A stretch of 11,695 bases of DNA from positions 2,301 to 13,995 of the forward strand of contig CAZOYL010000067.1 of NCBI GenBank assembly GCA_964584035.1, in the 5' to 3' direction. The notes under the pieces are model-generated. The model searched no databases and was not told the DNA's origin. It saw only the letters and a program-made list of their open reading frames with translations. The DNA is from an uncultured Gemmatimonadota bacterium. GTDB taxonomy: Bacteria > SM23-81. This document shows positions 1-7,305 of this stretch, in pieces. Position numbers and translations under genes: made by a program. Position 1 is the stretch's first letter, and each line of letters starts with the position of its first letter.

Positions 1-709
1 TGTTGTAGCGGGCGATCTTCTGCGGTTCCTCATTGAGGATCGAGTAGATGATGGCGGCCAGATGTTCGCCCTCGAAGGGCAGCCTCCCGGCGAGCAGCTC
101 ATACATCACCACGCCGAAGGAGAAGATGTCGCTTCTTCTATCCACCGCCTCACCGGAAGCCTGCTCCGGAGACATGTAGGCCACGGTGCCCAGGGTGGAG
201 GGCGTCTGGGTGATCTGCTCGGCGTCCTTGCGCTTGGCCAGGCCGAAGTCCATGATCTTGACCCGGCTCCTGGGGGTGAGCATGATGTTGGAGGACTTAA
301 TATCCCGGTGGACGATGCCCTTCTCGTGGGCGGCCATCAGGCCCTCGCAGACCTGGATGCCGATATCCAGGATCTCTTTGACCTTCAGTTCTTTCTTCTC
401 GACGCGCTGCTGACCGGCGATCTCCTTGAGGGTTTTCCCCTCGACGTACTCCATGACGATGAAATCGCCCCGGGAGCTGCTCTCGATGCCGTGAATGGTG
501 GTCACGTTGGGATGGTTGAGCGAGGAAGCCGCCTGCGCCTCGTGAACGAAGCGGGCCTTCTCCTGGGGATGCTCGGAGATGTCCGGGGGCAGGAATTTCA
601 CGGCCACGATGCGCTTCAGCTTGGTGTCCTCGGCCTTGTAAACGACGCCCATGCCCCCCTCGCCGAGCTTATCGAGGATCTTATAGTGGAGAATCGTTTG
701 ACCGATCAT
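1..709 (-). CDS. Hanks-type Ser/Thr protein kinase, N-terminal part only (runs off the left edge; missing from the ORF track)
   Basis: Manual translation from ATG at 709 gives MIGQTILHYKILDKLGEGGMGVVYKAEDTKLKRIVAVKFL...HRDIKSSN...MDFGLAK...LGTVAYMSPEQ...SDIFSFG...PFEGEHLAAIIYSILNEEP. The frame is open to the window edge. It is closely similar to the kinase at 853-3780, and an SD-like AAAGGCGGTGA lies 5 nt upstream. Confidence 0.95.
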   Translation of the reverse strand, partial: MIGQTILHYKILDKLGEGGMGVVYKAEDTKLKRIVAVKFLPPDISEHPQEKARFVHEAQAASSLNHPNVTTIHGIESSSRGDFIVMEYVEGKTLKEIAGQQRVEKKELKVKEILDIGIQVCEGLMAAHEKGIVHRDIKSSNIMLTPRSRVKIMDFGLAKRKDAEQITQTPSTLGTVAYMSPEQASGEAVDRRSDIFSFGVVMYELLAGRLPFEGEHLAAIIYSILNEEPQKIARYN

Positions 710-714
710 GGAGG

Positions 715-725
715 TCACCGCCTTT
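715..725 (-). promoter_or_regulatory. Shine-Dalgarno-like site for the truncated kinase
   Basis: AAAGGCGGTGA-CCTCC-ATG, one mismatch from AAGGAGGTGA. Confidence 0.6.
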
Positions 726-734
726 GTATTTGGC

Positions 735-856
735 CGATCTAAAATAAGATCGTAAAATGGAATCAACCGGCAGAAAACATATTCACGAAATTTAAAGTAT
801 TTTATTAAGTGTTCTTTGTTATATGCTTGTGAATATAGCTGTTAATTTACAGCTAT
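735..856. promoter_or_regulatory. AT-rich intergenic region with three short inverted repeats; probable promoter/regulatory region of the downstream kinase
   Basis: Markedly AT-rich compared with the flanking genes. Inverted repeats: CGATCT-N6-AGATCG (735-752), ATATTCAC (779-786)/GTGAATAT (829-836), and ATAGCTGT-N6-ACAGCTAT (835-856). No clean -35/-10 pair was identified. Confidence 0.4.
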
Positions 857-3780
857 TCTGCGGCGGCCATCTTCAGTGCCGCTACCCTCTCTCTGGCCTG
901 TTCCACCTCCTCGATCCCTTCATCGGCATCCTTCCAGATTCCCAGGAAGGTCTCGTACTGCTCGAGGGCTTTGTCCGTCCAGTCGGACCGTTCGTAGATC
1001 TGGCCGAGATAGTAGTATGTCTTGACCGAGGCGATGGCATCCAGCGCGCGATAGTTATGATATCTGGAAATTGCTTTTTCAAAGGCTTCCACAGCCCGGG
1101 CCAAATGACCCGCTTTCAAATAAGTCTTCCCCAACGTGTAGCGCAGATAAAAAGGGTCGGGAAATCCCGCGCTCTTGCGGTAAAGAGATAAAGCGGCCTG
1201 GGGATCATCTCTGGCCAGTTCGATAGAGCCCCTCGCATACCAGTAAAATTCCCTCGCATAGGTGTCGCCCTCTGCGATCTCTGCATCCCATTGTTCGATG
1301 ACATCCTTGGCTTTTTTCAGATCGCCATTCTCCGTCAAGAGTTCCACATAAACATTGCGCAACTGGTGAACAAAGTCGGGCATCTCCGTGCTGGAGATAT
1401 CGACGGCCTGTTCCAGCTCCGCCAGAGCAGACCGTATCTTTCCCTGTTGGCGATAGATCCTGCTCTTCAGATAATACTTCTCGATCTGACCGAATTCGAC
1501 CTGTTCCATTCGGTCCGCCGCCAGTCCCTGGTCAAGAACGGTAAGAGCCTGCGTGAATTTACCTTGATAAAGGGGAATATAAGCCAGACGGGTCCTTCCA
1601 GCGGAGCGAACGTACTTGTCGGCACAGGAGGTAAGCACCTTATAGCAATCTTCCGCCTGCTGATAATCCTGTTTGAAGACATATAGAGTCCCCATCTTTC
1701 TCCGGGACATGTAGAAGTCGGGCTTGATCTCCAAGGCCTTCCGGTAGGATTCGATGGCCTGATCGATCTTGCCGTTGAGGGCGTACAGATCGCCTCTGCT
1801 GTCATAGGGATTGGCCTCGTCCGGCGCCAGGGAAATGTACTTGTTGATGGCCCAAAGGGATCTCTCGAAATCGCCGAGATCATTGTAGGTGTAAGCAAGA
1901 ACATTGTAAGCGAATTTATAGAGCGAGTCGATCTCAATAGCTTTTTGAAAATAGCTGATAGCCTGATCGTACTCTGAGAGGAAAGCAGAGTGAATAAGTC
2001 CCAACCAAAAATAAGCGAATTTGTCGTCCGGGTACCGTTCCACAATTGCTTTTAGCTCACTGACAGCCTCGGTATAATTACGCGATAAAAGCGCATTGAA
2101 ACTTCTAATATAGTTTCTCTCTCTGCGGCTGACCTTGTCCGAATACTTCCATGCTCTGCCCGCCATTCGCCTGGCTTCCTCGTCGGACATCGTAATCGTC
2201 GCTATTTGGTAATAGGCCATGGCGAAGGTGGAATCATACTCCAAAGCTCTATAGAAACTTTCCTCGGCTTCCGCGTAATAAGCCTTATCGACGAAGTCAA
2301 CACCTTCGGTATAATAACGATACGCTTCCGGCGAATGGGTGGTGACATCGGCGACCGATCTATCCGGTTCGCTTTGGGCCTGCTCCGGCAGCGAGAGATC
2401 ACCTTTGATCTCGGCACTCAGCTTATCCACAACCGTGAACAGATCCTCTCCTGTCTCCCCCGTCACTCGCTGTGTCGCCAGCACTCTCCCCGTGGTCGCA
2501 TCCGATATATCCGCCGTTAGGAGAATATTCGGCTCCGTCTGCAGAATGTCGCCGGTCAGGATCCACCTGGCCCCCGCTTTCTCGGCCACCTCAGAGGCGA
2601 CGGTCTGATCGATAACCTTGAGATCCTCCTTTCCCATAGCTTTTAATATATCGTAGAGCCTCTGGCGGCTGACCACCCGCAGATACTGAGATTCGGAAAG
2701 GTCGGTGATCAACAGGCTGGTGATCATCCTGGCGTAACGGTCGCTGTCCTGGGGATCGGCCACGTTCTCGAAATACATGATGGCCAGGGAATTCTCCTGA
2801 GCTATGGCCTCCGGCTGCGGCCCGATCTTGACCTCAAACGGCTTGAAGATGAAAAACAGGACAACGGCCAGCGCGATGACGGCTGTGGTGACGATCACCG
2901 GCAGGCGTGATCTCTTCGATCTGGGGGTCTTTACTTCCGAAGGAATTCGACCCGCGGTGGCATACTCCATCGTCCTCTTCTCATGCCGCAGATCGGCCAG
3001 CACCCCGTCGATATGCTGGTAGCGCTCCTGACAGTCCTTGGTCAAGGCCTTCTCGACGATCCGCTGCAGTCCCTCGGGCGCATCGGCCTTATACCGGGCC
3101 AGCGGCTCCGGCGTCTCGTTGACGATCGAGTAGATCACCGCCGCTTCATGATCGCCCCCGAACGGCAGATGGCCGGTGATCATCTCGTAGAACACCACCC
3201 CGAAGGAGAAGATATCCGACCGCTGATCCACCTCCATCGCCTGAGCCTGCTCCGGCGACATATAGGCCACCGTCCCCAGTGTCGAGCCGCTGGTGGTCAG
3301 CTTGGTCGCCCCCTTGAGCTTGGCCAGCCCGAAGTCCATGATCTTGACCCGGCCCTCGGGGGTGACCATGATGTTGTCCGACTTGATGTCCCGGTGGACC
3401 ACATCCTTCTTATGGGCCGCGGTGAGACCCTCGCAGATCTGCACGGCGATGTCGAGCGTTTTCTTCAGCGTCAACTGCTCACCTTCGATCAGCTCCTTGA
3501 CGCTCTGGCCGGGACAGTACTCCATGACGATGAACAGCTGACCATCGTGCTCGTCGATCTCATGGATGGTGGTCACGTTTGGATGGTTCAGGGCCGACGC
3601 CGCCTTGGCCTCGTGGATGAACCGCTCCTTCTCGACGGCATCGGCGACCAACTTCTCGGGCAGAAACTTCAACGCCACCACCCGGTCCAGCTTGAGATCC
3701 TGGGCCTTATACACCACGCCCATCCCGCCCTCGCCGAGCTTCTCCAAAATCTTGTAATGGGAGACGGTTCGTCCGATCAT
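853..3780 (-). CDS. Membrane-spanning Ser/Thr protein kinase with TolB-N-like domain and TPR repeats (975 aa)
   Basis: Intact kinase motifs GEGGMG, VALK, HRDIKSDN, DFG, SPEQ and DIFSFG. One hydrophobic helix, LPVIVTTAVIALAVVLFFIF (2845-2904), follows the basic KRSR. Next comes SLAIMYFEN...LRVVSR (TolB-N/FlgO-like alpha/beta domain), then many TPR-type repeats such as AIESYRKALEIKPDF. Confidence 0.95.
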   Translation of the reverse strand: MIGRTVSHYKILEKLGEGGMGVVYKAQDLKLDRVVALKFLPEKLVADAVEKERFIHEAKAASALNHPNVTTIHEIDEHDGQLFIVMEYCPGQSVKELIEGEQLTLKKTLDIAVQICEGLTAAHKKDVVHRDIKSDNIMVTPEGRVKIMDFGLAKLKGATKLTTSGSTLGTVAYMSPEQAQAMEVDQRSDIFSFGVVFYEMITGHLPFGGDHEAAVIYSIVNETPEPLARYKADAPEGLQRIVEKALTKDCQERYQHIDGVLADLRHEKRTMEYATAGRIPSEVKTPRSKRSRLPVIVTTAVIALAVVLFFIFKPFEVKIGPQPEAIAQENSLAIMYFENVADPQDSDRYARMITSLLITDLSESQYLRVVSRQRLYDILKAMGKEDLKVIDQTVASEVAEKAGARWILTGDILQTEPNILLTADISDATTGRVLATQRVTGETGEDLFTVVDKLSAEIKGDLSLPEQAQSEPDRSVADVTTHSPEAYRYYTEGVDFVDKAYYAEAEESFYRALEYDSTFAMAYYQIATITMSDEEARRMAGRAWKYSDKVSRRERNYIRSFNALLSRNYTEAVSELKAIVERYPDDKFAYFWLGLIHSAFLSEYDQAISYFQKAIEIDSLYKFAYNVLAYTYNDLGDFERSLWAINKYISLAPDEANPYDSRGDLYALNGKIDQAIESYRKALEIKPDFYMSRRKMGTLYVFKQDYQQAEDCYKVLTSCADKYVRSAGRTRLAYIPLYQGKFTQALTVLDQGLAADRMEQVEFGQIEKYYLKSRIYRQQGKIRSALAELEQAVDISSTEMPDFVHQLRNVYVELLTENGDLKKAKDVIEQWDAEIAEGDTYAREFYWYARGSIELARDDPQAALSLYRKSAGFPDPFYLRYTLGKTYLKAGHLARAVEAFEKAISRYHNYRALDAIASVKTYYYLGQIYERSDWTDKALEQYETFLGIWKDADEGIEEVEQARERVAALKMAAAE

Positions 3781-3845
3781 GGTTCTCTTCCAGAGGATCT
3801 TGAGACGGTTGAGGCAGCTTCAGTAGGACGACAAGTCGGATTTTC

Positions 3846-3870
3846 ACGATCACGAACGACGATCACGAAC
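3846..3870. repeat. Tandem direct repeat, 2 x ACGATCACGAAC (13-bp period)
   Basis: Exact copies at 3846-3857 and 3859-3870, just downstream of the 954-aa kinase stop. Confidence 0.8.
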
Positions 3871-3877
3871 ACGCCGT

Positions 3878-6733
3878 TCAGTCGTCCATCACCAGCTCTT
3901 CGACCTTCCGCTGTGCCGAATGTACTTCCTCGAGGCGAGCTCCGCCGGTTTTCCAGATCTCCAGCACTCGGTCATACTGCTCCAGGGCGTGATCGGTTCG
4001 ATTCTGTTCCCGGTAGAGATCGGCCAACCGGTAATGGAACATAGGATGGATCAGGCGCCGGTCCCGGCCGTGGGGTCGAAAGGAGATCAGGCGCTCATAC
4101 TCGGCGACGGCCTTCTCGGGCCGGCCGGCCGAAAGGTAAGCCCGGGCCAAGGTGTCTTTATGAAAGGGCAGGTTATAGATAAGCATGCCTGCCGTGTTAC
4201 TCATGTAGGGGATGCGCCAGGCGGAAGCCTTCCGGCAGGTCTCGATGGCCTGATCGGCGGAGTCCTTCGCCAGCCATATCTCGGCCTGGAGAAGCTCGGC
4301 CTGCTCGGGAATCACCGGCCGTATATCCTCTAATCCTGTGACGGCGGCATCGATATCCCCCTCCTTCAATGACACCATGGCGAGGGCAAAATCGTACCCG
4401 GCCTTGAGAACCCTGATCTGTTCGGAGACGACCGGAGAATAGCTCAAACCCGGCGGGATATGCTCACTGGGGTTTTTTTTGATGGCATCCAGAGAATGCT
4501 GGAACCGTTTCCGGCTGAGGGCCAGCTCCTGTCGATCGTAATAGATCCAGCCCCTCATCCGGTCAGCCTCGGTGATCCACAACTCGCTGCTGTGCTCTCT
4601 GGCCACGTCCTCCAATTTCTGCGCCTCGGCCAGCGCGCCGTCGATATCGCCCAGCCAGCAGCGGTAGAAGCTCTTCCAGCGGCAGCCCTCTGCCCGGGTT
4701 CCCAGAGAAGGCGCCCGTTCAATATAACGGTCGAGCCATTCAAGACTTTCCCGATACATCTCCTTGAGGGCATAAACATAAGCAATCTCCCAATAAGCGT
4801 AGTAAAAATCGGGCTTAATCTCCAGCGCCTCCTTGTATTGGTCGATGGCCTCATCCAGTCGGCCCATCCTGAAATACAGCTCCCCCATGGAATCTATCGG
4901 ATTGGCATCGCCCGGGGAGATCTCGGCGTATCGCTGAAAGTATTCGGCGGCCCGGTCAAATTCCTCGATGTCGGTGTACATATAGGCCAGCTCGTTGATC
5001 GCCCATCCGTAGTTGGGATCCAATTCCAGGACCTTCTTGTATTCCTCCACCGCCTGGTAGAACTGCCGGTTACCCCGATAGTGAGAGGCCAGTCGCTGAT
5101 GAACCCGTTTTTCCCCGGGATATTTTCGGGCGATCTTTTTCAGGATCTGAAAGCGCTTGTCCGCATCCTGCTCGAGGGTCCGGACATAGGCAGCTTCGAT
5201 ATAGAGCCGTTCTTTTTCCGTGGCCCGATCGGACAGGACTTTAGCCTTTTCAAAGGCCGCGTTGCGGGCCTTGTTGTCTCGCAGCCGGTCATGGATCCAG
5301 GCCAGATAGAGATGAGCCACGGCGAAGCTGGGGTCGAGCTCGATGGCCTTTTCCAGATAACGCCGGGCCTCTTCATTGTAGAGTTTTTCATAGCTGTCTC
5401 GACCGCGAAGAAAATAACGGTAAGCTTCCATAGAGGTGGTGGTCACCTCGGCGATCGATTTCTCTTTTTTCTTCATCTTGTCTTCAGAAATACCCAGACG
5501 GCTAATGATCTCCCGGCTGAGCCGGTCTATCTGGCCGGTCAGGATACTATCGATGCCCCGGCCTTTGGCGTTGCTGCTCCCGAGCAGTTTCTTCGTTTTC
5601 ACATCCAGAATCTTCACGTCGGTGGCAAACATCTGACCCGCTTTGGTGAAACTGCCCAGAACGATAGTATCGATATTCTCCATGCGGCAGAGCTCGAATC
5701 CCAAATCCCGATCGATGACGTCCACATGGTCTTTTCCCAGATGTTTCAACAGGTCGTGGAGGCGCTCCCAGGTGACCACCCGCAGATACTCGGAACGTTC
5801 CAGGTTTGTGATCAACAGATTGGGAATGGTTCTGCGTAGATAATCATACGTCTCATCGCCCGTCTGATTCTCAAAGCTGATGACGGCCAGAGGCCGCTGT
5901 GATCGGACGGGAGATTCCAATTCCTGACGGGTTCGCTCCAGGTCAGATAACATCTCCTCGACCTGCTGGTACCTTTGCTCACGATCCTTGACCAGTGCAC
6001 GATTGACCGTGCTCTCCAGCTCCAGCGGAACGCCCGGCCGGCGGCTCCGTAATGACGGCGGCTCCTCGTTCAGTATGGAGTATTCCAGGGCCTGGAGGTA
6101 TTCTCCGGTGAAAGGTGATTCGCCGGCGACCATCTCGTAGAGAACGACGCCCAGCGACCAGATATCCGACCGGGCATCCACCTTTTCTCCCTGTATCTGC
6201 TCGGGCGACATGTAGGAAACCGTTCCCGCCAGTGTTTTCGGATCGTCGATGGATCGCTCGTTCTTCAGAACGGCCAGGCCGAAATCAAACACTTTGACCT
6301 GACCGTCCTCGGTGAGAAAAATATTCGCCGGTTTGATATCCCGATGCACCACGCCTTTCCGGTGAGCACCCCTCAGTCCCCGGGCCACGCCGGTGGCGAT
6401 CTCCACGGCCTTTTCCAGTCTCAGGGCTCCCCGGGCGACTCTTTGTTCCAGTGTTTCCCCCTGATAACAGGTCATCACCATGAACAACTGGCCCTCAGCG
6501 GTCTCATCGATATCGTGAACGGTGCAGATGTTGGGGTGGTCCAAAGCCGAGGCCGCCCGGGCCTCGCGGATAAACCGCTCCTTCGCGATCGGGTCCCGGG
6601 TCAGTTCGGGCGATAGGAACTTGAGGGCCACCGGGCGTTTTAACTTGGTATCCTGGGCCCGGTAGACGACCCCCATTCCACCTTCGCCGAGTTTTTCGAG
6701 AATTTTATAGTGGGAAACGGTTTTGCCGATCAT
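3878..6733 (-). CDS. Soluble Ser/Thr protein kinase with TolB-N-like domain and TPR repeats (951 aa from ATG 6733; alternative start 6742)
   Basis: Motifs GEGGMG, VALK, HRDIKPAN, DFG, SPEQ and DIWSLG. The kinase domain leads directly into PLAVISFENQTGD with no hydrophobic helix, followed by TPR repeats. The start at 6733 (MIGKTVSHY) was chosen because both paralogs begin MIG. Confidence 0.95.
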   Translation of the reverse strand: MIGKTVSHYKILEKLGEGGMGVVYRAQDTKLKRPVALKFLSPELTRDPIAKERFIREARAASALDHPNICTVHDIDETAEGQLFMVMTCYQGETLEQRVARGALRLEKAVEIATGVARGLRGAHRKGVVHRDIKPANIFLTEDGQVKVFDFGLAVLKNERSIDDPKTLAGTVSYMSPEQIQGEKVDARSDIWSLGVVLYEMVAGESPFTGEYLQALEYSILNEEPPSLRSRRPGVPLELESTVNRALVKDREQRYQQVEEMLSDLERTRQELESPVRSQRPLAVISFENQTGDETYDYLRRTIPNLLITNLERSEYLRVVTWERLHDLLKHLGKDHVDVIDRDLGFELCRMENIDTIVLGSFTKAGQMFATDVKILDVKTKKLLGSSNAKGRGIDSILTGQIDRLSREIISRLGISEDKMKKKEKSIAEVTTTSMEAYRYFLRGRDSYEKLYNEEARRYLEKAIELDPSFAVAHLYLAWIHDRLRDNKARNAAFEKAKVLSDRATEKERLYIEAAYVRTLEQDADKRFQILKKIARKYPGEKRVHQRLASHYRGNRQFYQAVEEYKKVLELDPNYGWAINELAYMYTDIEEFDRAAEYFQRYAEISPGDANPIDSMGELYFRMGRLDEAIDQYKEALEIKPDFYYAYWEIAYVYALKEMYRESLEWLDRYIERAPSLGTRAEGCRWKSFYRCWLGDIDGALAEAQKLEDVAREHSSELWITEADRMRGWIYYDRQELALSRKRFQHSLDAIKKNPSEHIPPGLSYSPVVSEQIRVLKAGYDFALAMVSLKEGDIDAAVTGLEDIRPVIPEQAELLQAEIWLAKDSADQAIETCRKASAWRIPYMSNTAGMLIYNLPFHKDTLARAYLSAGRPEKAVAEYERLISFRPHGRDRRLIHPMFHYRLADLYREQNRTDHALEQYDRVLEIWKTGGARLEEVHSAQRKVEELVMDD

Positions 6734-6778
6734 ATTGAGCATAGCCAGAGAATTGAAGATTCATTTAGAAACACGGGG

Positions 6779-6802
6779 AATTAAAAACCGGGCATGCCTG
6801 GT
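6779..6802 (-). terminator. Possible weak intrinsic terminator after the lipoprotein gene
   Basis: The minus strand reads ACCAGG-CATG-CCCGGT-TTTTAATT: an imperfect stem with one mismatch, followed by a T-run. Confidence 0.3.
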
Positions 6803-6810
6803 GGTCAAAT

Positions 6811-6824
6811 GGGCGGACCCGCCC
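6811..6824 (-). promoter_or_regulatory. Putative bacterial SECIS element (selenocysteine insertion hairpin)
   Basis: The mRNA reads UGA AAAUAAUCCCCG GGGCG-GGUC-CGCCC, with the loop at +18..+21 from UGA. The E. coli fdhF SECIS apex, as recalled, is GCA-GGUC-UGC with GGUC at +19..+22. No U-tract follows the hairpin. Confidence 0.6.
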
Positions 6825-6830
6825 CGGGGA

Positions 6831-7220
6831 TTATTTTCATGTGGGGCAGGGTTCCTCACCGCCCCCGTCGCCCAGCAAGGTAATCAGCACAACGGTCGCT
6901 GCCAGGCCCCAGAGGGCCAGCCCGACCGTTCTGGCCGTATCGAGTTCCCTGACCGATAGTGACGTGATCTCCGCCAGCTCGGCCTCCTGGCGGTCATCGG
7001 GTGAGAAGATGCCCTGCAGCTTCGAATCCGCCAGCCTGGGCTCTCTGACGATGTACTCTCTGCCGTTGTCGAGAACGATGGAGATCTTCGACCGGGTCGT
7101 CCACTGCGACGGATCCTCTATGGCCAGCGGAACCCTGGTGGAACACCCGGACAGCGAGAGGATCAGGCAGAGCAGCAGGAACAGTGTCAAGCCGGTATGC
7201 AGCGTCGGTGATGTTCGCAT
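6831..7220 (-). CDS. Small lipoprotein with a C-terminal TM helix; candidate selenoprotein ending CPT-U-K (129 aa with read-through, or 127 aa ending at 6837)
   Basis: Signal peptide with lipobox LSG-C26, a small beta-rich domain (ISIVLDNGREYIV...LAEITSLSV), TM helix TVGLALWGLAATVVLITLL, and tail GDGGGEEPCPT-TGA-AAA-TAA. It is co-oriented with its neighbours and fills the gap between pmbA and the kinase. The gene itself is well supported; the Sec extension is an inference. Confidence 0.8.
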
Positions 7221-7279
7221 TTGTTATGCTGTCTGCAATTGATATGATGCGTGCATGTATGACGATGTCTGCATTTTTT

Positions 7280-7305
7280 ATCTCCGGCATGCCGGGATGT
7301 ACATC
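7280..7305. repeat. Adjacent palindromes immediately after the pmbA stop
   Basis: Perfect CCGGCATGCCGG (7284-7295, extendable with ATC/GAT and one bulge) and perfect GATGTACATC (7296-7305). Confidence 0.55.

Noticed and set aside
62..742. 226-aa plus-strand ORF, similar to plus-strand ORFs 2983-4044 and 6344-6616
   Set aside because: Antisense shadows of the GC-rich kinase domains. Their mutual similarity simply mirrors the kinase paralogy.
3846..3870. Possible CRISPR remnant
   Set aside because: Only two 12-bp units with a 1-nt gap, no spacers and no cas genes.
4460..5839. 459-aa plus-strand ORF (also 9064-9906 and 7184-7831)
   Set aside because: Antisense to well-supported genes over all or most of their length, with no recognisable motifs. 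Codon bias on the coding strand explains them.
853..6733. Diversity-generating retroelement acting on the TPR kinases
   Set aside because: No reverse transcriptase in the window, and no near-identical TR/VR pair differing only at adenines was seen.
6811..6824. Reading the GGUC hairpin as an intrinsic terminator
   Set aside because: It has only a 5-bp stem followed by AUUUG rather than a U-tract. The SECIS reading fits better, though a terminator role is not formally excluded.
6841..7290. Alternative ORFs 6841-7242 (+) and 6994-7290 (-) overlapping the lipoprotein
   Set aside because: They show no features, whereas the 7220-start frame has a lipobox, a TM helix and the CxxU/SECIS signals.
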